A stretch of 64,000 bases of DNA from an uncultured virus (IMG/VR IMGVR_UViG_3300005600_000030) (lineage: Duplodnaviria; Heunggongvirae; Uroviricota; Caudoviricetes), in the IMG/VR virus record IMGVR_UViG_3300005600_000030, positions 1 to 64,000 of that record; one strand, 5' to 3'. Both the position numbers and the translations under genes were made by a program. Numbering within the stretch: the first letter of the stretch is position 1; each line of letters opens with the position of its first letter. The notes below the pieces were generated by a model, which was not told the origin of the DNA, did no database searches, and saw nothing but the letters and a program-made list of their open reading frames with translations. Positions 37,010 through 46,528 of the stretch are shown in pieces.

Positions 37010-37558
37010 TTAAAAGTATATTGCAGGGTCAGGATTTCCTTCGACACCGAAAGAAAACGTTGCTCTGCTTGTGGTTGGGAACACTTGATGGTGGTTCCCT
37101 CGAGGAATCCAATAGTAATCCCCCGGCTTGAATGGGACAGGTTCATCATGCAACCCATCCACACAAATCTTTATTTCACCCAGTACTTGAACAAGGAAGA
37201 CATCCATAGAATCTTTGTGTCGTGGATAACTGTCAGAGTTAGGCCCGAAACCAGTGAACGCAATGTTAGTGATCTTATTACCATGAAGTGCAAAGACTTC
37301 CTGCATTGCGCTCTCTATATCCTTTGCGAACTGAGGTGCAGAAGGTCTTGTGTGAAACGAGTTGAGACCTATACGCATTTTACTTGTATTGGTGTCAAGA
37401 AGTTCCTCGGGATGAGTATCTAACATATCCATGTGGATATCCCAGTTATACTTCTCAATCAGTTCTTGCGGAAGTTTACCGTAATAAGGAGTCTTCTCTG
37501 CAATATTATCTACGTTATCCTCAAAGATGTCTACCATGTTCATATCATTTATTTCCAA
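37010..37558 (-). CDS. JmjC/cupin-like 2OG oxygenase
   Basis: HKDSMDVF.VQ..G ... PGD..WIPRG.HH. Confidence 0.75.
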   Translation of the reverse strand: MEINDMNMVDIFEDNVDNIAEKTPYYGKLPQELIEKYNWDIHMDMLDTHPEELLDTNTSKMRIGLNSFHTRPSAPQFAKDIESAMQEVFALHGNKITNIAFTGFGPNSDSYPRHKDSMDVFLVQVLGEIKICVDGLHDEPVPFKPGDYYWIPRGNHHQVFPTTSRATFSFGVEGNPDPAIYF

Positions 37559-37955
37559 TATTATACTTCGGACAAAGCTCCCATTGGTCTTTATCTTTAA
37601 ATCCGATAATCTTAATCATTCGCATGGGTGCACAATCTTTGGACACCTCTTTGCTTTGAATCTCTAAGAGACCCCAGTCTTGCAGTAGAGTCGCGATAGT
37701 GTTTCTACGTTGTACATCACCAAGTTCTAGGTTAGACTTCTTACCGTCCAACATGAAGAGTTCTTTGAAGTGTACGATGAAGTATCGACCCTGCTTGTGT
37801 AGGATATGACAAGACTGATATAACTTGTTATCACGTCTTGATGCAATACCTATGCGAGTAAGAGTTTCCTTTACTTTAAGGAAGTCATCCGGTTCCGCTA
37901 AAGTCACCTCCAACATCAGACCAGAGTTCCATTCTACTAAATTATTTTCTTCCAC
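37545..37955 (-). CDS. regA: Translational repressor RegA
   Basis: PDDFLKVKETLTRIGIAS, LYQSCHILHKQG.Y.IVHFKE. Confidence 0.97.
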   Translation of the reverse strand: MEENNLVEWNSGLMLEVTLAEPDDFLKVKETLTRIGIASRRDNKLYQSCHILHKQGRYFIVHFKELFMLDGKKSNLELGDVQRRNTIATLLQDWGLLEIQSKEVSKDCAPMRMIKIIGFKDKDQWELCPKYNIGNK

Positions 37956-38343
37956 CTTTATCCACCTTATTCTTAATATATTTTAGTTGACAGGAAGAGA
38001 GTAATGGTAGGACTTGACGGGCTTTGTCATTACTATATCCATAATACTCTTTCACCATTTCAATATCATTTTCTATTTCGGGTTTAACCCATTTCGAGAA
38101 ACGTTTACGTTTCCTGACTATATTTAGTAAAAATTGATATTGTAACTTATTATCAATATGGTGGTATCGATTCATTTCATTTGCAATCGCAACCGTGTCG
38201 GGGAAGTACGACAGACTGCGATTGATTACAAATGATGCGTATTTCTTTTCATTATCCGGTTCATTCATCAAGTCAACCTTGGTCGAGTTGATGGTGTTCA
38301 GGAAGTCAAACGGTGAGACGGTCTTCTTGTTTGCACCAGCCAT
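37942..38343 (-). CDS. 62: Clamp loader small subunit gp62
   Basis: F.INRSLSYF.DT, MN, RKRKRFS.W, YYGYS; start MAGANK. Confidence 0.93.
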   Translation of the reverse strand: MAGANKKTVSPFDFLNTINSTKVDLMNEPDNEKKYASFVINRSLSYFPDTVAIANEMNRYHHIDNKLQYQFLLNIVRKRKRFSKWVKPEIENDIEMVKEYYGYSNDKARQVLPLLSSCQLKYIKNKVDKGGRK

Positions 38344-38944
38344 TACGAAAATCCTTATTATAAAAGTTATACAACTTCTCCATATGTTCAGGAGATATTG
38401 CATCATTATATAGTTTCAGTGACGTTTTGTTCTCATGTAATTGAGTAATGTCACGTTCTATTTTACACGTTTCTTGGAGAAAGTCAAGTAGTTTATCCAT
38501 TTCCGAGATATGAAATACCATATCATAATCTTCGGGTACACCCATATAATAACTCTGAGTATAGAAGTGATTATTCCGAAGTGTTTTATTTTCAAGACTA
38601 TCTATCACTTCTCCTATCTGCATCGATATTGAAGGTAGGGTTTTACCGTTCTGTATAAAATATGCACGTTTCTGTTGGATAAATTCACATGCAGATTTGA
38701 ACCTATCAATAGGGTCTCGTCTTATTGCAATGCGAACTGACCCAGTACGAAAAGGAATATCAAATTGGTCACCTTCTCGTTTAACCAACTTATTTCGATA
38801 CTCCATTCCCTGAGAGTGTTCTTGGTCTAGTGTTCTACGCAGTGCCTCTTTGAGGGTAGACATACCATTCTTGGGACACATTCTGATATCAATATTATTA
38901 GGCCAATACAGGATATTGTCCGTAGGAGTCATTTCTGTGTTCAT
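38306..38944 (-). CDS. Sulfotransferase family 2-like protein
   Basis: CPKNGMSTLK, RDPIDRFKSA, NHF..Q, H.N, Y..D. Confidence 0.7.
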   Translation of the reverse strand: MNTEMTPTDNILYWPNNIDIRMCPKNGMSTLKEALRRTLDQEHSQGMEYRNKLVKREGDQFDIPFRTGSVRIAIRRDPIDRFKSACEFIQQKRAYFIQNGKTLPSISMQIGEVIDSLENKTLRNNHFYTQSYYMGVPEDYDMVFHISEMDKLLDFLQETCKIERDITQLHENKTSLKLYNDAISPEHMEKLYNFYNKDFRNGWCKQEDRLTV

Positions 38945-39357
38945 ATTTTACTCACAGGGATTTCACATTTATTTAAAAAATCTAATCCTGCTGTACCCTT
39001 GGGGTATTGGTCTGAATAGTATACCTTACGGATGCCTGATTGATAGATCAATTTTGCACAATCTAAACAGGGCAGCATCGTTGTATATAGTGTAGAACCT
39101 TCGGTAGATTCTGAACTACGTGCAACCTTAGTGATTGCGTTAGACTCTGCGTGAATGACTTCTGGTTTTGTTTTATCTTCGTGTTCACAACAGTTGTCCC
39201 AACCCGATGGCATACCGTTATATCCAATAGATAGGATACGACCATCTTTTACGATGACCGCACCCACCTGTGCACGTTTTGCAGAGGACAGTTGCGCATA
39301 CCTACGTGCAGTATCCATATGCGCTTCGTCCCATTTAGACACCCAACACACTCGCAA
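38941..39357 (-). CDS. cd: dCMP deaminase
   Basis: VGAVIV, GYNG, HAE.NA, PC..C; start probably GTG near 39342. Confidence 0.92.
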   Translation of the reverse strand: MRVCWVSKWDEAHMDTARRYAQLSSAKRAQVGAVIVKDGRILSIGYNGMPSGWDNCCEHEDKTKPEVIHAESNAITKVARSSESTEGSTLYTTMLPCLDCAKLIYQSGIRKVYYSDQYPKGTAGLDFLNKCEIPVSKI

Positions 39358-39751
39358 GATCTGGTTCAGAGAAAGTATCTGGTTTCATAATCTTACCTGT
39401 CTCGGGATTTTTAATCGCAACACCATCAACAAACTTAGACATGTTAGACCGAGAAACTTCTTCCCATACCGCTTCAAAGTCAATATCTAGACTGGAAGCC
39501 ATACCCATGATAACCCATACCATATCCGCAAGACCATCTGCGAGTTCTACGATGTCACCGTTCCTATATGCTTCAAGGGTCTCGTTATACTCTTCGGTAA
39601 TCAAATCCATATACAACTGAACTTGGTCATCATTCTCTTTAGGGTCTTTGTAGAGATGTGTACCTTGACTGCAAGGAAACTCTTGACCACCAATATACAT
39701 AAACTCTTCTACATTATTTTGATAAAACGCCATTTTATATAATCTCCACAT
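39335..39751 (-). CDS. MazG-like (PRA-PH/HisE-type) NTP pyrophosphohydrolase
   Basis: EEY.E, D.LAD, EV..SNMSK, GK..KP. Confidence 0.85.
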   Translation of the reverse strand: MWRLYKMAFYQNNVEEFMYIGGQEFPCSQGTHLYKDPKENDDQVQLYMDLITEEYNETLEAYRNGDIVELADGLADMVWVIMGMASSLDIDFEAVWEEVSRSNMSKFVDGVAIKNPETGKIMKPDTFSEPDLASVLGV

Positions 39752-40688
39752 TCGCCATAATTTCGGTCATACATGCGACCAGATTTAGTTCGTGGTCAGC
39801 CACAAACGCATTTTTATATTGGTAATCCGCAAGGATTAATACCAACTGAGGAATAGATTGCGGTTGCACATTTTCATACATCGCATCGTATATACCACGG
39901 AAGATAGACGCAGGTTCTACATCCATGTTATTGACAACCCATCCACGCATCTTCTTAAAGTCTTTACCCTTGAGTGCCTTGAACAATATACCATAGTTGT
40001 CATTCGCGTCATTCAGGATAACCGAGGTTTCCAATTGACCTGAGATAGAGTGACGTTGTAGTTCGTTGAGTACACGTCTCCAGTCAGGTGCATGACGCAT
40101 AATCAACTGTGCAAGGGTATCGGGGTTATACTGGACATTCTCTTGACCGAGGATATCTTGTACCCGACCCATGAATTGACCACATAATCCAGACAATATT
40201 TTCTTAGAGAAGTTAAACTCGTAATTAGAACAACGAGAATGTAATGGTTCGATGATACGGTTCTTGAAGTTACAGGTCAGGATGAACCGACAGTTCTTAG
40301 AGAACTCTTCAATGAATCCACGCAATGCAGGTTGGGTAGATTGAGGATTGAGATAGTCAGCCTCATCTAGGATAACAACCTTGTAACCACCCGAGAGTGA
40401 TACCGAGGATGCAAACTGTTTGATTTTACCACGAAGGGTATCGATGTTACCCTCTTCAGAACCATTGATGACGATATAGTCAAGACCAAGTTCCTCACAC
40501 ATTGCACGTGCGATAGTCGTCTTACCAGTACCCGCAGTACCAGAAAACAACATGTTAGGTAGTTCACCACCTTCAACAATCTTCTGGAAGGTTTCTTTAA
40601 GTGGTTTAGGTAGGATTGTGTCATTCACATTACGTGGGCGATATTTCTCGCACCACAAAAACTCATCACGCATTTGGTACTCCATCAT
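39735..40688 (-). CDS. 44: Clamp loader large subunit gp44
   Basis: W.EKYRP, GTAGTGKT, DEAD, SRC. Confidence 0.97.
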   Translation of the reverse strand: MMEYQMRDEFLWCEKYRPRNVNDTILPKPLKETFQKIVEGGELPNMLFSGTAGTGKTTIARAMCEELGLDYIVINGSEEGNIDTLRGKIKQFASSVSLSGGYKVVILDEADYLNPQSTQPALRGFIEEFSKNCRFILTCNFKNRIIEPLHSRCSNYEFNFSKKILSGLCGQFMGRVQDILGQENVQYNPDTLAQLIMRHAPDWRRVLNELQRHSISGQLETSVILNDANDNYGILFKALKGKDFKKMRGWVVNNMDVEPASIFRGIYDAMYENVQPQSIPQLVLILADYQYKNAFVADHELNLVACMTEIMANVEII

Positions 40689-40702
40689 TTAATTAAGTAG
40701 TC

Positions 40703-40731
40703 ATTATATCGCAAGTGGAACGATATGTCAA
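40703..40731 (-). promoter_or_regulatory. Sigma70 promoter
   Basis: TTGACA-17-TATAAT. Confidence 0.8.
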
Positions 40732-40958
40732 TCTTTTCTTTTAGTTTCTGAGATATATCTTACTGTGTACACTCGTATCATTGCAACTATAAAGAACCCG
40801 ATAGTTGAGATGGTCGCAAATGCAACAGGGTCAGTGATACCCCAGATGTCAATAATCAACCAAGCAAAGAGGATGCCTATAGGATAATTGATTACTGTTC
40901 CAGACCCCACAATGACTAGAGTCTCTTTCATTACATATTTGTTATAATATTTTTTCAT
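40728..40958 (-). CDS. Small two-TM membrane protein
   Basis: Hydrophobic; R.Y.VR tail. Confidence 0.6.
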   Translation of the reverse strand: MKKYYNKYVMKETLVIVGSGTVINYPIGILFAWLIIDIWGITDPVAFATISTIGFFIVAMIRVYTVRYISETKRKD

Positions 40959-40961
40959 GAT

Positions 40962-40984
40962 AAAAAAACCCTCCTTTCGGAGGG
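40962..40984 (-). terminator. Intrinsic terminator
   Basis: CCCTCC-GAAA-GGAGGG + T7. Confidence 0.85.
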
Positions 40985-40993
40985 TATCCCATT

Positions 40994-41524
40994 TTAACCT
41001 TCTCGCAATTTGGCGAGTACGTTTTCAGGATTAGATACTTCGTATGGGTCGTCCGGACAATTGTCAGACATACCGTCTTCATCGAACCAACGTTCAATAC
41101 TCATGTTATCGATGACTAGTGCGTAACGCCAAGAACGTTTGCCGAACCCTAGATTGGACTTATCAACTAAGTAACCCAGACCATCTGCAAACTGACCGTT
41201 ACCGTCAGGTAACATCTTCACCTTGATAATACCAAGGTCTTTGGCCCACTTGTTCATCGAGAATGCATCATTCACAGAAGTACACCAGACTTCTTCGATA
41301 CCTTCTGCGACAAACTCATCATAGAGTCGTTCGAAGTTAGGTAGTTGTTCATTAGTGCAAGTAGGAGTAAATGCGCCAGGCAATCCAAACACGACAACCC
41401 TCTTTCCTCCAAGCAATTCACTTGTCATCTTACGAACCCATTTGTAAGGATTGTCTCCTCCAATAGATTCATCACGTTCCCGCATATGGTGTACAACATC
41501 GGGGATATATGTCTTAAACAACAT
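40994..41524 (-). CDS. Peroxiredoxin (Prx5-like)
   Basis: PGAFTPTC, SVNDAF.M..W, DGNG, RSWRYA. Confidence 0.93.
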   Translation of the reverse strand: MLFKTYIPDVVHHMRERDESIGGDNPYKWVRKMTSELLGGKRVVVFGLPGAFTPTCTNEQLPNFERLYDEFVAEGIEEVWCTSVNDAFSMNKWAKDLGIIKVKMLPDGNGQFADGLGYLVDKSNLGFGKRSWRYALVIDNMSIERWFDEDGMSDNCPDDPYEVSNPENVLAKLREG

Positions 41525-41543
41525 TTGTTCTCCTATAATAATA

Positions 41544-41617
41544 TGGAGCGGGTGGAGAGAATCGAACTCCCATCAAAAGGTTGGAAACCTCCTGTAATAC
41601 CACTATACTACACCCGC
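41544..41617 (-). tRNA. tRNA-Gly (TCC)
   Basis: GCGGGTG acceptor stem, anticodon loop TT-TCC-AA, GTTCGA T-loop, encoded CCA. Confidence 0.93.
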
Positions 41618-41623
41618 ATCGTT

Positions 41624-41700
41624 TGGCCTCCGAGGTAGGACTCGAACCTACAACTATCAACTTAGAAGGTTGATGCTCTATCCAGTTGAACTACTCGGAG
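41624..41700 (-). tRNA. tRNA-Arg (TCT)
   Basis: CTCCGAG acceptor stem, TCAAC-CT-TCT-AA-GTTGA, GTTCGAG, encoded CCA. Confidence 0.93.
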
Positions 41701-41870
41701 ATATTCTCTATACTTATAACCGTGGTTTTGATGATATCTTCGTAGGTACCATCTTCGGTGATAACTATAAATCGGTCACTGAGATTCCCGTTGATTTTGT
41801 CAGGCATTGTACCAACTACCTCCAAAATCACATCAGGTTCTTTCCAGTGCCTATAAGTTACCTTTACCAT
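41691..41870 (-). CDS. 59-aa protein (MVKVTYRHW...ENISE), not in the ORF track
   Basis: TAATG coupling to 41870..42079; stop codon lies inside the tRNA-Arg 5' end. Confidence 0.5.
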   Translation of the reverse strand: MVKVTYRHWKEPDVILEVVGTMPDKINGNLSDRFIVITEDGTYEDIIKTTVISIENISE

Positions 41871-42079
41871 TACTGGTTCTGTAACTGCTCAACTAGTTGG
41901 ATAGCCTCAATCGCTTGGTCACGTAACTGACCAATTGTAGTGAGTTCTTCACCTTTAAAACCACCACGTTGAACCACAGTGTCAATCACTGCAACTGTTG
42001 AACGCGATACACGGTTAGTCAAGTCTGTCAATACTGCGACACGTTCGTCTACTGCTTGTTTCTCTTCTTTACTCATCAT
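41870..42079 (-). CDS. Small helical protein
   Basis: IDT..QRG.FKGEEL..IG.LR pattern. Confidence 0.7.
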   Translation of the reverse strand: MMSKEEKQAVDERVAVLTDLTNRVSRSTVAVIDTVVQRGGFKGEELTTIGQLRDQAIEAIQLVEQLQNQ

Positions 42080-42757
42080 TTATGCTCCGTAGGTTGATGA
42101 TTTTTCAAGTGCGATAAAGTACTCGATTGGTGATTGTTTTGATTTGAAGTTTGAGATAAGTTTCTTAGAGATACCAACCTCAAAGTCCTCATTAACAATC
42201 TTTAGGTTATTAACATTTAGGATGAAATTAAAGTCCGCACCCTCTTCGAACTCCCCGTCAACATATGAGAAGAAACTATTAGATGTAGAATCTTCACCGT
42301 CAACAACAGTAAGTTTCACATTACCACCACTTGGGGTAATAGAAATCGAATCGTGTCCTAGGACAGAGGACGCACGTTTCAACCTACTCAATGTATCAGT
42401 ATCTAGTGTGAATTTAACTTCGCACTCTGGCATGATAACATCTTTACTAGGAGTAGACAACATATCTACATCAGAGAAGTAGTACTTGTTACCACGTAGA
42501 CCCGTAGAGTCAGAGATGGTAACACACTTCTCTTGGAAGTTCAGTGTAGGATTCTCGACCAAACCCATCACACTAAGGAATTCGTTTAGGTCATAGATAC
42601 CAAACTCTTGGGGTACTGTCTCATCAAGGGTGGCCTTGGCGAGGATGTTCTTTGCAACTGAGATGGTTTTCAGTTCGTTGCCTTCACGGAACACAATATT
42701 AGAATTGATGTTTGCGAAGTTTTTTAGCACGGATAAGGTGCGATCAGATAGTTCCAT
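42080..42757 (-). CDS. 45: Sliding clamp gp45
   Basis: LKNFA.IN, FGIYDLNEFL, Y.IALE. Confidence 0.96.
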   Translation of the reverse strand: MELSDRTLSVLKNFANINSNIVFREGNELKTISVAKNILAKATLDETVPQEFGIYDLNEFLSVMGLVENPTLNFQEKCVTISDSTGLRGNKYYFSDVDMLSTPSKDVIMPECEVKFTLDTDTLSRLKRASSVLGHDSISITPSGGNVKLTVVDGEDSTSNSFFSYVDGEFEEGADFNFILNVNNLKIVNEDFEVGISKKLISNFKSKQSPIEYFIALEKSSTYGA

Positions 42758-42793
42758 AATTAAATCTCTCTTTTAACATTAAGTGATACGACC

Positions 42794-42822
42794 ATTATAT
42801 ACAATTTACACAGGTTTGGCAA
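42794..42822 (-). promoter_or_regulatory. Sigma70 promoter
   Basis: TTGCCA-17-TATAAT. Confidence 0.75.
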
Positions 42823-42825
42823 CCC

Positions 42826-44547
42826 CTATGCTACCTTTAATTTCGAAAAGTTTTTCTCTTTTACGAATTCAAGTCTACGTTGGAACTGAGCATCCTCGAG
42901 TTCCGCCTTGTGAGAGATAACAAAAACATTAGTCTCTTCACCTAAACTATACAGTATTTTCATCAGGTTGTCAACCCCATCGTCATCCAAAGATGAATCA
43001 AATGTTTCATCAAGGATTAATAGGTTGGTAGCAACCGAGTTCTTCATCTTCGCAATCTGTCTCCATGTGAACAGTAGGGACAAATCGATACGTTGTTTCT
43101 CACCCTCAGAGAATGAGTCATACGAGAAGTTATCACGGAAACGTGAACGGATAGTCTCGTTGAAACTCTCGTCCAGATCAAAGTGTACAAAGAAGTCAAG
43201 TATCTGTAGGTACTGGTTGGTCAACTGATTGATGACCGGAATGTACTGTTTGATAATCTTAGTCTTAATACCAGTATCTCGCAGAAGTTCCGCACTCACC
43301 TGTTGATACGAATACTGTTCGTTCAGTCGGTACTTCTCATCCTGAGTATCGTGTAACTCCTTGGACGCACTTTCTAACTCTTCGTTGGCTGTCTTCAGGT
43401 CACCTGTGTTCTCAGATAGACTATCGATGTCTGTACGGATACGCGTGATGTTATTATTCAATCGAGAGATAGTAGAGTTGTTATTATTCACCTCGTTGTG
43501 TAGGTTTCGAACCTCGTCCATCTCGGACTGTAGTTCAGACAAGGTAGTATCAAACTCTGTCATCTGTTCGGTAGATTTAGACATCGCATCATTAAGAGAC
43601 TTTGCACGCTGGGTAGCATTAATCTTCTTACGTTCCCGAAGTTCTTCTGCAATACCTTGGTCGCACGTAGGACAGTGTTCATTCTCATCAAAGAACTTAG
43701 CTTCCTTTACGACAGTCTTAATCTGAGTCTTGAAGGTTGACTGGTATTCCAATAACTTATTACGTTTCTCGGTAACAGACAAAATCTTATTCTGAGTATC
43801 CTCTAGACGAATAGACACACTACCCATGTGGAGAGTATTGAAGTCTTGTAATGTCGCAATCTCGTTCTGTAGAGAGATCATCTCAGACTCTTTGTCCTTA
43901 CGATGTTGTGCATTTACCGCAGACAAATCACGCAGATATTTCTTCTGTGCATTGATTTTGGTCTTACAGATTTCTATCTGGTGACCATTGGCCTTGATAT
44001 TCTCTCGGAGGATAGACATCTTTTCTTTCAATAGACCATTCATCTTAGAGAAGATATTGATGTCGAGTAAGTCCTCGATAACCTCACGTCTCGCACTTGA
44101 TGATAGTTGCATAAAAGGTACAAATGAACTTGAACCCAAAACAACAATCTGGTGGAAAGACTTGTGGGTCAATTTGAGAATATTCTTCTCTAACATTTGT
44201 TGGTAGTCTTTGGCATGGGCACTCTGGTTGACCATGTTACCCCCAACCCACACCTCAAAGATGTTTGGTTTGATGCCACGGACAATCTTATATTCCTGTG
44301 AACCAATAGAGAACTCAACCTCTACGACTGTACCCTTACCGTTGATAGAGTTTACCAACTGTGGTTTGGATATCTTACGGTGCGGTTTACCAAACAGACC
44401 AAAGGACAGTGCGTCCAACATGGTAGACTTACCTGCACCATTATGACCCACGACCAATGTAGTAGGAGATTCAGTAAAATCTATATTAGTAAATGCATTA
44501 CCAGATGATAGAAAATTCTTGTATCTGAGTTTCCGAAAATTAATCAA
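42826..44547 (-). CDS. 46: Recombination endonuclease subunit gp46 (Rad50/SbcC-like)
   Basis: GHNGAGKS, CPTC hook, FSEGE, LDETFD. Confidence 0.97.
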   Translation of the reverse strand: MINFRKLRYKNFLSSGNAFTNIDFTESPTTLVVGHNGAGKSTMLDALSFGLFGKPHRKISKPQLVNSINGKGTVVEVEFSIGSQEYKIVRGIKPNIFEVWVGGNMVNQSAHAKDYQQMLEKNILKLTHKSFHQIVVLGSSSFVPFMQLSSSARREVIEDLLDINIFSKMNGLLKEKMSILRENIKANGHQIEICKTKINAQKKYLRDLSAVNAQHRKDKESEMISLQNEIATLQDFNTLHMGSVSIRLEDTQNKILSVTEKRNKLLEYQSTFKTQIKTVVKEAKFFDENEHCPTCDQGIAEELRERKKINATQRAKSLNDAMSKSTEQMTEFDTTLSELQSEMDEVRNLHNEVNNNNSTISRLNNNITRIRTDIDSLSENTGDLKTANEELESASKELHDTQDEKYRLNEQYSYQQVSAELLRDTGIKTKIIKQYIPVINQLTNQYLQILDFFVHFDLDESFNETIRSRFRDNFSYDSFSEGEKQRIDLSLLFTWRQIAKMKNSVATNLLILDETFDSSLDDDGVDNLMKILYSLGEETNVFVISHKAELEDAQFQRRLEFVKEKNFSKLKVA

Positions 44548-44764
44548 GACTTCCGTCCTCTTTCAATCCGCACCAACTACAGGCCTGACCCTGTTTAGTC
44601 GATAACTTCACATTTTTAATTTTACAGGTATGACTCCAAAATGAGTCAACCGTGTCTACTCGTTCTTTGTTCTTACCGAAGATACGATCCCAACCTGCAT
44701 CATAGTCTTTATTCGAACCCTTAGTTCTGAGAGTATCACCTGTAATATCATTTTTAGTTGCCAT
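44540..44764 (-). CDS. Small hypothetical protein with possible Zn ligands
   Basis: KNDITGD, WDRIF, H.C...C.WC. Confidence 0.65.
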   Translation of the reverse strand: MATKNDITGDTLRTKGSNKDYDAGWDRIFGKNKERVDTVDSFWSHTCKIKNVKLSTKQGQACSWCGLKEDGSLD

Positions 44765-45829
44765 CTACATGACCTCCATACTCTGAGCTTCCGTCATAAG
44801 AGCGGTTATCTCAGTTTTAATTCTGTCCCGATCCAAGTCGGTACTCACATTGTCAATATAATTATATACTAAAGTTTGGGTGTCGTCAACCTTTATGTTG
44901 TCATCTTCTACATTTTCTCCGAGGAAGTCTTTGAAATCCTCTGCAATCTTCAGTTCATGTATCTTCTGTTGTTGGACTCGGTCAATGAATCGTTCGAACT
45001 CTAATGCATTTCCCTTGTTGACCACAATGACCTTGACGAACTTATTATCTAAGTAAGACATATCTTTAAATTGCAATTCACCGATAGATTCGTGGTCATA
45101 GTAAATCTTCTCGAAGATGGTGAGAGGATTACGTACTGCTTCTATTTCTCTTGTTTTGGTATCAAGGACATGGAAGTGTTTAGGGTCACCACAATCATTC
45201 CAGAAGAATTCCATCTGTGCACCAAGGTAGTGAATATTACCCTGTGATGATTTGGCGTGGAAGTGTCCGGTCAGTACAGTCTCGAATCGATCAAATACAG
45301 ACTTGTCCATACCATCCTTACAGACCTGACCACGAGCCATCTCGAATCCAGATAGTTCTAAGTGTGCGCCCACAACAGTTGCTTTTGTATTAGAGAGAAA
45401 CTCAAGTGTCTCTTTTTCATTCTCGGAATTAATCCAAGGTACCAGTGCAACCGTAAGACCGTCATACTTCATTTCGGTAGGTTCCATGATAAGGTTAACC
45501 TCATTCATGTAGTGACCCTGAAGTTCCTTCAATGCATTCAACTCATTGGTATTCTTATAGTACACATCGTGGTTGCCCGGAATGATGTCCATAGTAATAC
45601 CATACTCACGCAACTTCTCTAAGAAGATTTTGCGGTTATGAGATAAGGCTTTGAAGTTGACGGTCTTACGGTTATCGTAGTAATCCCCCAAGTGGAGGAT
45701 TTGTGTGATATTGTTCTCTAACAGATAAGGAAAGAACACTTCCGAATAGAAACGTTCTTGGTAGTCCATAAAAATGTCAGATGAGTTACGACATCCACAG
45801 TGTGTGTCGTTTAGTATTGCGATCTTCAT
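44765..45829 (-). CDS. 47: Recombination endonuclease subunit gp47 (Mre11/SbcD-like)
   Basis: DTH, GD..D, GNHD, GHFH. Confidence 0.97.
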   Translation of the reverse strand: MKIAILNDTHCGCRNSSDIFMDYQERFYSEVFFPYLLENNITQILHLGDYYDNRKTVNFKALSHNRKIFLEKLREYGITMDIIPGNHDVYYKNTNELNALKELQGHYMNEVNLIMEPTEMKYDGLTVALVPWINSENEKETLEFLSNTKATVVGAHLELSGFEMARGQVCKDGMDKSVFDRFETVLTGHFHAKSSQGNIHYLGAQMEFFWNDCGDPKHFHVLDTKTREIEAVRNPLTIFEKIYYDHESIGELQFKDMSYLDNKFVKVIVVNKGNALEFERFIDRVQQQKIHELKIAEDFKDFLGENVEDDNIKVDDTQTLVYNYIDNVSTDLDRDRIKTEITALMTEAQSMEVM

Positions 45830-45859
45830 AATATACTCATTTTATTAATAGATGTTACT

Positions 45860-45888
45860 ATTATACATGATAAAAATCAGTTTGTCAA
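45860..45888 (-). promoter_or_regulatory. Sigma70 promoter
   Basis: TTGACA-17-TATAAT. Confidence 0.8.
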
Positions 45889-46469
45889 GTGAGAAAATCA
45901 CTCAGGTCAGAATCGACATTAACCGCACGTCTCTTACGTTCTTTCTTCTCTTCTTTGACATAGGTCTTGAACTGAGTGTCCGCTTCCTTGACAGTGTCAA
46001 TACGAACACGTAATTGTTCAACAAAAGGTTGACTTTGTTTAATGTCTCCCAATTCATCATCAATGAAGTTCGATATATCAGCTTCAGCCATATACTTCAT
46101 TTTGATGTCTTGTTGTTTCTTCTCTTTCTGAATACGTCTTAGGAAGGCATACCATGATATCTGTGTAAAGTACGCAAATGCATTTGGATTCCCAGAACGA
46201 GTCGCAGCGTCAATATCGTAGTTCTCTATCGCCTTGAGACAATTCTCAACCGCATCCATTACCATCTCTTCGCGGTAGGTGTACCTAACAAAGTTAGCTT
46301 TATGCGATAGTCCCTCTGCAATCTTTAGGAAACAAGATGCGATATAGTCGGTAACGATTGGTCGTTCGTTTCCGGACTTGGATGCATCTTGTACACTTTT
46401 ACAGTAGTCAACCACAGATTGCGAGAACTCTTTATTATTGACGTAATGTGGTTTATCTTTTGGTTTCAT
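45885..46469 (-). CDS. 55: Late sigma factor gp55
   Basis: HYVNNKEF, IAEGLS..NF..Y, NAFAYFTQI...AF.RRI.KEK. Confidence 0.96.
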   Translation of the reverse strand: MKPKDKPHYVNNKEFSQSVVDYCKSVQDASKSGNERPIVTDYIASCFLKIAEGLSHKANFVRYTYREEMVMDAVENCLKAIENYDIDAATRSGNPNAFAYFTQISWYAFLRRIQKEKKQQDIKMKYMAEADISNFIDDELGDIKQSQPFVEQLRVRIDTVKEADTQFKTYVKEEKKERKRRAVNVDSDLSDFLT

Positions 46470-46496
46470 TTGGTACTCTCACTTTATATTTACCCT

Positions 46497-46525
46497 ATTA
46501 TACTATGAAAGGGTATGAATGTCAA
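46497..46525 (-). promoter_or_regulatory. Sigma70 promoter
   Basis: TTGACA-17-TATAAT. Confidence 0.8.
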
Positions 46526-46528
46526 GGG

